A DNA stretch of 64,000 nucleotides from Histomonas meleagridis 2922-C6/04-290x (GCA_020184695.1 JAANOX010000111.1:124001-188000), one strand, 5' to 3'. Positions 10,341 to 21,377 are shown, counted from the first letter of the stretch. Numbers and translations are program-made. Notes: generated by a model not told the origin, from the sequence alone.

Positions 10341-12848
10341 ATGTTTGAATTTACTGTTGTTTTTCATGCAGAGGATAATATATGGAACTCAATAAAAAAT
10401 TCACTGATTAAAAACACCCCAAAACAAGCAAGTTTCACAATTAATGATTATGCCCAAATCGTAGATATAAATCCAAAATTAATTCATGCTTCAGTTCCAC
10501 CAGACATTTCTAAAATAGTATATGCACCTACGGTAATAATTGTATGTTTCACATGTGATTATAAATCAGATTATACGAACAAAAAAAGCGCTGAATTAAA
10601 AACATTTTTTAAACAATATTCTAAACCATATATCCAAAGTTTTCCACTTTTAGTCAATGATGCTAGTCACGAAAAAGGATTTTTTAACACTACTTCAAGT
10701 ATTTTTTCACTTGTACAAGAAGAATTTCCTTTAGCTCAAACCTTTCAAATTGAAAAGACAGGTCGTGTTTCAAAGTCAGAAGCGAATAAGTTGTGGACCT
10801 CTATTATTTCTGGTACACAATTTGCTCTTGAAACCAGAGTTAATTTATTAAATAATTTATTCAAACGACCACTATCAATTTCTACCATTTACCATTACTT
10901 ACGTTTAAGCGTACTTTACAGTAGCGCTGCCTTTTATGAGCTTCAAGAGATGAATATCCAAAAAGCATTAGCATTAATTGAATCCAATTCAGACGCGTTA
11001 TTTAAAACTTTTATTCATCACAAAGATATGGAGACCAAAATCGATGTCTTTGATAACAAAATTCTTCAAGAGAAACGAACAGATATATTCAAAGTTCAAA
11101 ATCCCTCAGAATTTGAAGTTCGAAGTCATTTTATCTCACAACAAATTTATTGTTTTTTATCATCCAAAAGGCCTGAATTTGCGATTGAAATTGGATTTAA
11201 TTTTTATCATTTTCTTGAAAACAAAATAACCGAAAAGGACATGTTATATAAAATCTGGATTACTCAGTATTTACATGATTTATGTAATATCTCATTTCAA
11301 TATGAATCCAAGAACATAATTTCAGTTAAAATAATTGAAACATATCAAAAGCTCATTCAAGAATTAATAGGAAATGATTCCGATGAAATAAAACATTATT
11401 CACAATTTGATATTATCGAAATTATTACAAATGAAAATAAATTTATTGAAGAGAACAATAAAATGAATTTTGAGATATTTCATATCTATAAATATTTAAA
11501 TCTAATCAACAAAGCGTTTTTAATGTTTTTCAAGTTAAGTAAAATTGATCAAAAGACTATAAACATTACGAAGTTATTAAACAATCGAAAAGGTATCATT
11601 AGTAGTGACATAACACCAGTTTTACCAACGCAAATAATTAACAGCTTAACAATAAATGAAAGGTTACCAATAATATGTGAAATGTTAACATCGAACAACA
11701 AAGAAAAAACAGAAATTGCGTCGAATCTTTTATCAAAGATATTATTAACGAAACAAAAGAATTCATTCACATGTGTAATTGATTTACCAATACATTTCAC
11801 GTTATATGATAAAGAAACATTTCGATCACATGCGAAATCAACTATAAAACTTAAATGTATTACATCATTTCCAAATGTGATCAAATTTTCCAAATTAACA
11901 TTTTCATTTGTTAATAAAAACTCTAAAACATCTCTTTTCAACGTTCTAGAGAAAGAGATTTCTAATAACTCTATCATAACATTAACAGGAATGCCTCATA
12001 AAGTCGGTCCTTATTGGGGCGCATATTTCCGTTTTCATATAGGAAAATCTATTATCCAATGTATATTATCTAATAGAAAGCCTATAATTTTTAATGTGAT
12101 GAGATCTCCTCCGAAATTTGATTTCCATTTAGAAACTCCAAAATGTTTTTTACCGAATAAAGAACAATTAATTATTGTTCATTTTAATGTAACGCGTGAT
12201 ATGGATTCATTAAAGTTTAATATTAATGATAATGATATTAATATAATTTATGATAAAATTTCCGTTTCGCCCGAAAATTATAAAAATAAAAACGTGTTAG
12301 AATTTAATGATATTAAAAAAGGTTCTTATTTAATGAAGATTCCTTTAATACCGATAAAATCATTCGAAATGAGAATAATTGGTTCCGCTTCTTCGCAAAA
12401 CATTGATAATATGAAAGTTACTTTAAAGCATAAAATTCAAGTTCTCGACTTTTTACAATTAAATATATTATATAGAGAGAAAACTAATGTGATACAATTT
12501 AAAGCAAACTCTTTGATATCAAATTGCGACTTCGATATTTTGGAAATTATTTTCTTCGATAAAGATTTCAACGAAATAAACGCAAAAAGTTTCGGAATGC
12601 CAATACATTTGGAAACATTCGAAAACTCTGTTTTGTTCGTTTTGGAAAAGAAACCAGAGAAAATGAAATTGGTGTGCAAACAAAGCGAAATTCCGTTGTG
12701 TTTGTTATATGAAAAGAATTGGCTGATAGATGAAAATGCGTTGTTGGAAAGCGTTGGTAAAATTAAGCCAATGACGCCAATAACAATTCTGACAAAAATG
12801 GCGCCGCAATTAAATAGCGAAAATATAGAAAGTGTTACTATTGAATAA
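10341..12848 (+). CDS. TRAPP II subunit TRAPPC10/Trs130-like protein
   Basis: The N-terminus (VVFHAEDNIWNSIKNSL; PTVIIVCFTCDYKSDY; SSIFSLVQEEF) aligns by eye with the TRAPPC10 N-terminal domain; beta-rich C-terminal half. Confidence 0.5.
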   Translation: MFEFTVVFHAEDNIWNSIKNSLIKNTPKQASFTINDYAQIVDINPKLIHASVPPDISKIVYAPTVIIVCFTCDYKSDYTNKKSAELKTFFKQYSKPYIQSFPLLVNDASHEKGFFNTTSSIFSLVQEEFPLAQTFQIEKTGRVSKSEANKLWTSIISGTQFALETRVNLLNNLFKRPLSISTIYHYLRLSVLYSSAAFYELQEMNIQKALALIESNSDALFKTFIHHKDMETKIDVFDNKILQEKRTDIFKVQNPSEFEVRSHFISQQIYCFLSSKRPEFAIEIGFNFYHFLENKITEKDMLYKIWITQYLHDLCNISFQYESKNIISVKIIETYQKLIQELIGNDSDEIKHYSQFDIIEIITNENKFIEENNKMNFEIFHIYKYLNLINKAFLMFFKLSKIDQKTINITKLLNNRKGIISSDITPVLPTQIINSLTINERLPIICEMLTSNNKEKTEIASNLLSKILLTKQKNSFTCVIDLPIHFTLYDKETFRSHAKSTIKLKCITSFPNVIKFSKLTFSFVNKNSKTSLFNVLEKEISNNSIITLTGMPHKVGPYWGAYFRFHIGKSIIQCILSNRKPIIFNVMRSPPKFDFHLETPKCFLPNKEQLIIVHFNVTRDMDSLKFNINDNDINIIYDKISVSPENYKNKNVLEFNDIKKGSYLMKIPLIPIKSFEMRIIGSASSQNIDNMKVTLKHKIQVLDFLQLNILYREKTNVIQFKANSLISNCDFDILEIIFFDKDFNEINAKSFGMPIHLETFENSVLFVLEKKPEKMKLVCKQSEIPLCLLYEKNWLIDENALLESVGKIKPMTPITILTKMAPQLNSENIESVTIE

Positions 12849-13015
12849 AATTATTACTATCACTCATGTTTTTACTGTAATTTAAAGTTGTTCTTAAATA
12901 TTTTGTTTTGTTTCTAATGAAACGTTTCATTTCAACAATTTTCTCCACAAATAAATCAGCGGTTGATTCTTTCAACTTTTTGTGAATCAAAAAGTGGAAA
13001 GACACTTTTTAAATA

Positions 13016-14743
13016 ATGGTTTTGTTGGTCCCATTGCTTATTTTGGGAATAGAATTAAACTATAATAATACAACTCAGGAAATGTTATCAATAACAAACG
13101 ATGAAGAAAATATTACAGTTAATAAGGAAAATTCAACAGATACAAATTTTTATGAAAATAGCCAAAACTTAAATAATAATAGCACATTTACAGAAAATAC
13201 TTTAAACGATACAGATAATTTATTAAATTCATCAGAAGAAAATTCTGATTTAGCAAATAGAACAATTTTGCAGCAAGATGAAAATATAACAATTATCAAC
13301 GAAACGTCTTCATTCAGTGAAATCACAGTAAGTTCAAGTTCGTTAAATGAAACACAAACACAAAACATACATATTGAAAATGATAATCAAACACAAACAG
13401 AGAGTACAAAAGAGGCTGTCGAATCAATAAACGAACAAAATCACACAGATTTACAAGAGAATGAAACACTAAATGAACAACAAACTACTGAAAACATAAC
13501 CATCATTGACAATTACACACAAAATACAGAAGCAGAAAACATTACCCAAATCAATGAACATTCTGATGTTAACGTTACACAAATAGAGAGCATAGAAAGC
13601 AATCAAACAGAACATAATGACACTTCAGTAATGACTGAACAAAACAATACAACTTTAAATATAGAAAACCAAACAATAATTAATGCAAACACAACTTTGG
13701 ACGAACAGAATGAAACACTCACTGACATCAATGGAAATGCAACACAAAACACAGAAAATGAAACAATCATTGATTTAAATGTCAATGCAACTTCGCTACA
13801 AGCAATCGCTGATGCACACAATTACACAGAAAGCGAAACAGTTAAATCAAATAATGAAACAAATTTAGTTACAAAAAGCGAAACAACCACAACACAAAGC
13901 GCAGAAAACGAAACCATAGACATCCAAAGCAATACTACTGTTAGCGCAGCAGAAAGTATAACAACGTCCAACGCTTCTGACGCATCTTCAGAACCAATAA
14001 ATATTCAAACTCCAGACAACAACAAAGAGCACACAATAACAATTAAATCACATAACACGCCACGAGAAAACAGGCGCATTGCACCAAACATTACGCGCAA
14101 ACAATGTCCACCGCATATGGAACTTGACACTAACAACAAATGCAAATGTGTTTCTGATTATCTTTATGATGGCAACATATGTTTTAAGTGCGCGCCGCCA
14201 TGTCATCCGCGTGCGACATGCGTATCACCAGGTAAATGTGTCTGCAAAGAAGGCTATGCAGGCGACGGCATCAGAAGCTGCAGCTCTACAACGCCAAAGA
14301 TATCGAAGATATCGCCTAATTCAGCATCAGCAAATGGTGGCACTATAATAAATATTGTACTCGATGATGAAATACCTATGGAAGTGCATGCTGCATATTG
14401 TCGATTCGGCGCTACAATTGTTAGCGCATTTTCCGTTGGAGGAAAAGAAGCGAAATGCAGAGCGCCAACACACATTCCAGAAAAAGTTATATTTGCATTT
14501 TCATATGATCACGTAAAATGGTCAAAAGATGAAATAGAATTCACATTCATCGAAAAGAATTCTTCGTTTGAATTTCCTTTCGATCGAAAATTTGTTTTTG
14601 TTATTGTCGTTTGTGTTATTTTGGGTGTTATATATATTTTGTTCTTAAGGAAAAAAGATAAAAACGATGATTTATTACCACTGTTACAAAATAATGATGA
14701 AATGGTTCCATTCATACAAAAGAAAAGAGAACATCTCGATTAG
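13016..14743 (+). CDS. Type I surface glycoprotein: signal peptide, N/T/E-rich mucin-like stalk, EGF-like, IPT/TIG, TM
   Basis: Hydrophobic N-terminus, many NxT/S sequons, CHPRATCVSPGKCVCKEGYAGDG EGF motif, ISKISPNSASANGGTIINI IPT motif, C-terminal TM. Confidence 0.85.
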   Translation: MVLLVPLLILGIELNYNNTTQEMLSITNDEENITVNKENSTDTNFYENSQNLNNNSTFTENTLNDTDNLLNSSEENSDLANRTILQQDENITIINETSSFSEITVSSSSLNETQTQNIHIENDNQTQTESTKEAVESINEQNHTDLQENETLNEQQTTENITIIDNYTQNTEAENITQINEHSDVNVTQIESIESNQTEHNDTSVMTEQNNTTLNIENQTIINANTTLDEQNETLTDINGNATQNTENETIIDLNVNATSLQAIADAHNYTESETVKSNNETNLVTKSETTTTQSAENETIDIQSNTTVSAAESITTSNASDASSEPINIQTPDNNKEHTITIKSHNTPRENRRIAPNITRKQCPPHMELDTNNKCKCVSDYLYDGNICFKCAPPCHPRATCVSPGKCVCKEGYAGDGIRSCSSTTPKISKISPNSASANGGTIINIVLDDEIPMEVHAAYCRFGATIVSAFSVGGKEAKCRAPTHIPEKVIFAFSYDHVKWSKDEIEFTFIEKNSSFEFPFDRKFVFVIVVCVILGVIYILFLRKKDKNDDLLPLLQNNDEMVPFIQKKREHLD

Positions 14744-14927
14744 AGATTTGTGTTTACAGAAAAAATCGGAATAAAAATCATAAAATTTTGTCAATAACGA
14801 TAATAATATTGTGCGAATTTTGATCGGAAAACTTTCAAAATATGAATTGAATTTTATAAAGGAAATAAATCATACAAAATTTAATAGATATCGTGTCTAT
14901 CGTTTTAATAACAATTCAATTTGCCAG

Positions 14928-16145
14928 ATGCTTTCGGCTGTTTTCATTTTAAATAAGGATGCAACAATTTTAATAGAAAAACAATATAGAGAAAAAGTCG
15001 AGAGATCAGTAATAGATGAAGCTTGTTTAGCAATTAGAGATCAATCTCAAACTCCTCCTGGCATTATTCCAAATGGTGAATTAACCATAATAACTCACCA
15101 TGAAAATGAAATTTGGGTTGTGGGAGTTTGCGAAGGTGATGAATTTGCACTATTTTCAATCAGTCTTCTTCAACATATAGGAAAGCTTCTTGCAACATTA
15201 TTAAAAGAAGGAGCTACAGAAAACTCAATCAAATCAGAATATCCTTCCGTATATCAGATCCTTGATTATGCAATCGATTATGGTTTTCCTTTTTTGGATG
15301 AAAGCAATACTATTTTTACATTACTTACTCGTCCGCCAACAGATTATACTAAAGGAAATAGGCTTCAACTAGATTTAGTGAGACCTTGGAGAAGCGTAGG
15401 TATTCAAAGATCACAAAATGAAATTTTAATTGATATAATTGAAAAAATTGATGTATCTGTATCAGACCAAGGGAGGACAGAGTTTTGTTACATTCGTGGG
15501 TCTGTTGAATGTTATTCTCTTTTGTCAGAAAATCCTTTTTGCAAAATCATTCTCCTCCCTTCTGTTCATATAGAAGACGTCACATTTCATCGGTGTGCCC
15601 AGGTTGAATCAAATGAAGCTAAAGTAATTCCATTTGTACCGCCTGATGGACCATTTACCTTAATGAAATACAAAATTAACAACCCTCAAACAAACGTCCC
15701 CCTCTGGGTCACCCCAAGATTTGTGTGGGGAAAAGGAGTTGTCACTTTTGAAATCATTGTGAAAGTTGACGGTTCTATTCAAAAGAACCTTGAAAAAGTG
15801 GAAATCAGATTTGGGCTCCCAGAAGGAGTTTTATCACCAGCTCTTTCTGTGCCAGTTGGAAGAGCAGTGTTCGAAGGATCAACCAGAGAAGTAATATGGG
15901 TAATTGGACAGATGAATAGCCAAAATCCTCCTCTGATTTTCAAAGGAAGTGCATCATTAGAACAAGGATTTGAACCTCGAGGAAGACTTCCTGTTATTAG
16001 AGCTTCGTTTGTGACAATTGGTTTTGTTGCTTCTGGATTCAAAATTGATCGATTGGAAATTGAAAATGTAAATTATAAGTCATTTAAAGGTGTGAAGTAT
16101 GTAACAGAAGCCGGTGATTATGAATTTAGAACAGGACTTAATTAA
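14928..16145 (+). CDS. AP3M: Adaptor complex medium (mu) subunit, AP-3 mu-like
   Basis: MLSAVFILNKDATILIEKQY N-terminus, WRSVGI..NEILIDIIE, FHRC, FVPPDGPFTLMKY, FKGVKYVTEAG. First ATG at 14928. Confidence 0.8.
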   Translation: MLSAVFILNKDATILIEKQYREKVERSVIDEACLAIRDQSQTPPGIIPNGELTIITHHENEIWVVGVCEGDEFALFSISLLQHIGKLLATLLKEGATENSIKSEYPSVYQILDYAIDYGFPFLDESNTIFTLLTRPPTDYTKGNRLQLDLVRPWRSVGIQRSQNEILIDIIEKIDVSVSDQGRTEFCYIRGSVECYSLLSENPFCKIILLPSVHIEDVTFHRCAQVESNEAKVIPFVPPDGPFTLMKYKINNPQTNVPLWVTPRFVWGKGVVTFEIIVKVDGSIQKNLEKVEIRFGLPEGVLSPALSVPVGRAVFEGSTREVIWVIGQMNSQNPPLIFKGSASLEQGFEPRGRLPVIRASFVTIGFVASGFKIDRLEIENVNYKSFKGVKYVTEAGDYEFRTGLN

Positions 16146-16379
16146 ACATTTTAGTGGGAAATTACCAAAAACATCAAAAATAATTTTGAATTCTATGAAT
16201 TAATTTTTAGTTTCTTTTAAATTTCGAAGTTTCAAATAAACTTTGTAAATGAGGCCACTAATAATTTTATACATATGATTATTTTGTATCTGTATTTTAA
16301 TAACAAATCATTAGTTTAGGTTTCATGTTAAATGTTTGTTACTCTCGTTATATCAAATTTTTAACATCTTTAGTGGAGT

Positions 16380-19300
16380 TTGCTTTCAACAAATTTTATA
16401 TAAAACGAATAAACATCTTTAACAATAATATCAATTCCTTTTTGCTCAAGAAGTAAATTAACAATTTCTGTATGGCCATTTTGAGATGCACAAATAAGTG
16501 CTGTTTCAAACAATTTGAAAAAAATTCAAATTTTATATTGAAATATTAAATTATTAAAATAAATTATACCCTTAGCATTAATATCAATTTCTTTTTGCTC
16601 AAGAAGTAATTTAACAATTTCTGTATGGCCATTTTGAGATGCTAAAATTAGTGCTGTTTCAAATAATTTAAATAATTTCCAAATATTATATCAAAACATT
16701 AAATTGATTAATGAAATATTAAATGCAGTAAATAAATATCTTTAGCGTTGATATCAATGCCTTTTTGTTCTAGAAGTAATTTAACAATTTCAGTATAACC
16801 ATTTTTAGATGCTAAAATTAGTGCTGTTTCATATAATTTAAATAATTTCCATATATTATTTTGAAATAAAAAGTTATTAAAGAAAACTATAATTAAAACA
16901 AAAAAGCATTCTGTGAAATAGTATCAATTCCTTTAAAGTTAAGAAGTAGTTTAACAATTTCAATATGATTATAAGACGATGCGAAAATAAGTGCTGTATA
17001 TAATAGTTTAAATAATTTCCATATATTATATTGAATTATCAAATTATCAAAATAAGTTCTAAATAATCTAGATAAATATCTTTAGTATTAATATCAATTC
17101 CTTCTTGTTCAAGAAGAAATTTCACTATTCTTATGTGATTTTTTTTAGATGCTAAAATAAGTGGTGTACAAAATACTTTGAATCATTTCCAAATATTATT
17201 TTACAATTTCGAATTATTAGGATAAATTTCAAACAAAACAAATAAATATTTTTAGCGTTAACATCAATTCCTTTTTGGACAATAAGTAATTTTGCTATAT
17301 CTATTTCATCATAAAATGATGCTATATAAAGAGCTTCTTCAAATATGCAAATTTTCTACAAATTATATTGAAACTCCATATAAAAAAAATAATTTTTTTT
17401 AACATTTAATTGATGTCCTTCATACATAAGGAATAATTTTATTATTTCGACATTATTTAAAAAATACTTCAAAGCATACTGAAAAGCTGTTAAAAATATA
17501 TTTAATTAACTCCAAATATTATTTTGGATTACAAAATTTTACTAAAAAATAATATCTTTAGCATTAATATCAATTCCTTTTTGTTCAAGAAGTAATTTAA
17601 CTATTTCTTTATGACCATTTAAAGATGCAAGCATAAGTGCTGTTTGAAATAATTTAAATAATTTCCAAATATTATTTCTAAATATAAAATTATAAAAATA
17701 AATTACAAGTAAAACAAACAAATATCTTTAGCATTAATATCTATATCTTTTTGTGAAAGAAGTAATTTCACTAATTGAATAATGCCTCTTTTTGATGCAA
17801 ATATTAACATTATATTAATTATTTATAATAAATTTTAAATGTTACTTTGAAATATTAAATCAATGAAATAAACTAAATAAAATAAAATGTAATATTTCTA
17901 CAATATACATCATCAATATTTTCTCCAAAAAGAAATTTTACTGTATCCTTGTAATCATTACCAACAAGAGAAATTTTAAAAATAATAAATAATTATAAAT
18001 AATTATTTTGAATCATTATATTATTGATATAAATATCAATTAAAAGGGTAAAACAATTTCATCATTCCTAAAATAAATTAATTGTTTTTCAAGAAGTAAT
18101 TTAACTATTTCAGTGTAACCTCTTTCAAATGCTGTCCAAATTGCTATTCCAAATAAAATAAATGAATAATAAATATTATTTTGAAATCCAAAATTATTAG
18201 AAAAAATATCAAATAAAACATATTAATGGCTTCAGCATTTTCATCTATTCCTCCTTTTTCAAGAAGTAATTTTACTATTTCAATATGACCATTTTTAGTT
18301 GCAATTATAAGCGCTGTATCAAATAATAAGAATAATTTTCAAATATTTTATCAAAATATTAAATTATTTAATTGGATTTCATATGAAAAATTTGAATATC
18401 TCGGGCATTAACATTAATTCCTTTTTGTTCTAAAAGTAATTTTACTATATCTGTGTAACCATTTTTCGTTGCAAATATAAGAGGTAAATTAAAAATATTA
18501 AAGAATTTCCAAATACTCTATTTAAATATTAAATTAATGAAGCAAGTTTCATAAAATATTAAAAAATATCTACAGCATTTATGTCAATGTATTTTATTTC
18601 AAGAATTATTTTAAATATATCAACAATTCCTTTGTTATATCCATAATCAAGTTCTGTAATAAATAAATTAAACAATTTTCAAATATTTTTTTTAAACCCA
18701 AAAATATTAAAATAAAGATTAAGTTAAATATATAAATCTTTTTGTTATTGATTTTATTTTTTTTGAATTCTAGTATCATTTTTGCTATTTCCATTTGATT
18801 ATTTTCATATGCATTAATCAGTGGTGTCCAAAATAATTTAGATAATTTCCAAAAATACTTTCAAAACATCAAATTCTTCAAACAAAATTTATACAATTAA
18901 TATTTACTGTTTTATAATTTGTATCAATATCTTTGTGTTCAAGAAGTAATTTGACGATTTCAGTGCTACTATTGATAGATGCTAAAATAAGTGATGTATA
19001 AAATATTTTGTTTTAATACCAAAAGCAAATTTCAATCACGCGAATCGTGTATATTAATATCAGTTCTTTTATAATTAAGAAGTAATTTAACTATTTTAAC
19101 ATTATTCTTTTTAACTGCAATCATCAATGCTGTATAAAACATACCATAAAAATTCCTAATATTATCATCAAATTTTAAAATTTTTAATTAAAAATTATGA
19201 TCAAAAAAGGAAAATTTGTAGCATTTACATTGATTCGTTTTTGTCTAAGAAGCAATTTAACAATTTCATTATACCTATTTTGTGATGCATCCATAAGAGC

Positions 19301-19720
19301 TGTCCAAAATAATTTGAATAAATTCCAAATGTTATCAATAATTACCAAATACCACAATTTTAACATTAAGTTTAAAAAAGAAAAATTTGCAGCATTCATA
19401 TTGGTTCTTTTTTGTCGAAGAAGTAATTTCACAATTTCAATGTGATTATTTTTAGCTGCCATTAAAAATGCAGTATAAAATAAATTAAATAAATTCCAAA
19501 TAAATATTTAAAATTTTATAAGATAAAAACAAATTTTCTTATTTACAATGAAATATTTTTATGATTTATTTTTATATCTTTTTGTTCAAGAAGTATTTTA
19601 ACTATATCAATATGACCTTCACTACATGCAACAATTAATGGTGTATAAAATTATTTATTTAAAATTTATTTTACATCAGAAAACACCAAATCAATGAAAT
19701 ATTTTTTGAAAAATATTATT
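16380..19720 (-). other. Array 1: 20 ankyrin modules interleaved with non-coding ~68-nt spacers (continuation of the 19719-20885 gene)
   Basis: Manual reverse-complement translation gives 20 stop-free modules of the type xTALILASxNGxTEIVKLLLEQKGIDINAKDI. Period is 170 nt in 14 of 20 intervals; spacers carry stop codons and shift the frame. Confidence 0.9.
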
Positions 19721-20885
19721 AATCATATTTAATGTTTATATCAATTTCATTTGTCTCAAGTAGTAATTTAACAATTTCAATATTACCTGATCTTGCTGCT
19801 GATATTAAAATCTCTTTTGGCATTTGATTTCCTAATGAAAAATGTTTGAAAAGAAATAAATTACCATTTTCTACTGCTTCGATAATCAATTCTTTAATAT
19901 TTAAACATTTTCCTTCTAAAAAAGTTAAAACTTCAAAATTATTATATAAAATACATTTCTTTCCTAATTCAGTTAAATTTACATCTTTGGTATTCATGTT
20001 ATTAAAAAAATAATAAAAAATTTCATTTCTATGAAATTCAATTGCTATTTCTATTGCATCATTAAAGTTTGAATGATTTTGTTCACAATAATGAACAATT
20101 TCAAGATTTCCACCAGCAACAGCATAAATTCCTGTGTTTTTTAAATCAACATTATTTAATATTAAAAATTTAAAACATTTTATTGATCCAAAGAATGCGG
20201 CATAATCAACAAGTGAAACTTTTTCTTTATTAATGAAAGAATATCTTTCATATAGCGATGGTTCTATAAACTGATTAAAATCAAAGTTTTGTTGTGATGA
20301 AATTTCTTGAAGTTTTTCAATATCATCATTTCGAATCGCTTTAACAATATTTGACGGATTATATCCTTCTTGTATAAATTGCTTATGAAGTTTCCATTTA
20401 TCTTTTTTTAGTTCTTCAATATTTTCATAAAATTGTTGATAAAATGGAATGGTACTCTTTATATCTTCGAACGAATTTATTTCTGCTTTTGTTTTGTAAT
20501 GAATGAAATATAAAGTTTTAATATCCTTTAATATGTTAGGATTAATTAAATTATGTTCAATAAGCTTTCCTAGAAGATAATTAGATTCTTGAGTATTTAA
20601 ATGAATTAATAATTTAGCAAAGATATCAATAATGGAATATTTTGTTGATAATGTTTTAAGAAATTTCAAATATATATCAAAATTCTTCATATTATAAATA
20701 AAAGATGAATATATCATTCGACTTAAAATTAAAATGGAAGAATACGGATATTTAGAATCAATTATTTTTTTTGTTAATTCAATTGATTCAGAAATATTTT
20801 TTTCATTTACATTAGAAATGGTATATTGTATATTTTTTAGATATCGAATATATTTAGTTTCCCTTGTTCCATTTGATCCTTTCAT
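19719..20885 (-). CDS. DUF3447-like/ankyrin-repeat protein, first continuous coding segment
   Basis: AIRNDDIEKLQEIS, IEPSLYERYSF, SLVDYAAFFGSIKCFKFL, AVAGGNLEIVHYC, AIEFHRNEIF. The stop falls inside the first spacer. Confidence 0.85.
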   Translation of the reverse strand: MKGSNGTRETKYIRYLKNIQYTISNVNEKNISESIELTKKIIDSKYPYSSILILSRMIYSSFIYNMKNFDIYLKFLKTLSTKYSIIDIFAKLLIHLNTQESNYLLGKLIEHNLINPNILKDIKTLYFIHYKTKAEINSFEDIKSTIPFYQQFYENIEELKKDKWKLHKQFIQEGYNPSNIVKAIRNDDIEKLQEISSQQNFDFNQFIEPSLYERYSFINKEKVSLVDYAAFFGSIKCFKFLILNNVDLKNTGIYAVAGGNLEIVHYCEQNHSNFNDAIEIAIEFHRNEIFYYFFNNMNTKDVNLTELGKKCILYNNFEVLTFLEGKCLNIKELIIEAVENGNLFLFKHFSLGNQMPKEILISAARSGNIEIVKLLLETNEIDINIKYD

Positions 20886-21305
20886 TAAGCCAAGTCAATA
20901 GAGAATCTTCAAACCAAACAATTTTGGGGTAAAAACCGTCATTTTTGAGAGCAAAATTTCGCCTTTCAAAAGTCTGATATGAAATGAAATAGTGTGTAAA
21001 AAAATGCTTATCAACAATAATATGCAATTTGCATTGGAAATTGATTTAAATGCAATTTTTTTGTATAATATTGAAAGTTATTTTAATGTGTTTGTTTATT
21101 CTGAATACTAAAAAATTGTATTCAAATATTAATTTCAATAAATAATGAGTTTTTTCTCAAATTTAATAACAAAATCTGCAAGTTTAAAAGAAACACAATA
21201 TAAATCAAATATTTTCGATTATAAGCGGAAAAGCAGTATCAAAATATGTTTCCAAAAATTTATTTATGATAAATTAATAGTAACGTTTGAAAAAGTAAAT
21301 GAAGA

Positions 21306-21377
21306 GCTTCACTAGTCTAACGGTTAGAACAGTAGCTTTACACGCTATTGATCCAGGTTCGACTCCTGGGTGAAGCA
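21306..21377 (+). tRNA. tRNA-Val(TAC)
   Basis: Acceptor stem GCTTCAC/GTGAAGC, anticodon arm GTAGC-TTTACAC-GCTAT, T-loop GGTTCGACTCC, downstream T-run. Confidence 0.95.

Noticed and set aside
14811-14927. GTG/TTG starts from the ORF track (also 74, 4221, 6640, 21519, 24795, 28601, 37347, 56314)
   Set aside because: Eukaryotic genes; homology or composition begins at the downstream ATG (the gene at 74 is instead open back to the window start).
16380-19720. Spacers as canonical GT-AG (or U12 AT-AC) spliceosomal introns
   Set aside because: There is no consistent GT at the 5' side, no ACTAAC branch point and no ATATCCT. The only recurrent AG is within ACA-GCA (Thr-Ala), which is absent in Thr-Pro and Thr-Ser modules, and using it would delete the conserved Thr.
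16380-19720. CRISPR array
   Set aside because: Eukaryotic context, no cas genes, degenerate ~70-nt repeats, and the intervening units are homologous ankyrin-coding sequence.
16380-19720. Stop-codon reassignment or simple -1 frameshifting through the spacers
   Set aside because: All three stop codons occur in spacers, including frame-preserving ones, and all other long genes are open under the standard code.
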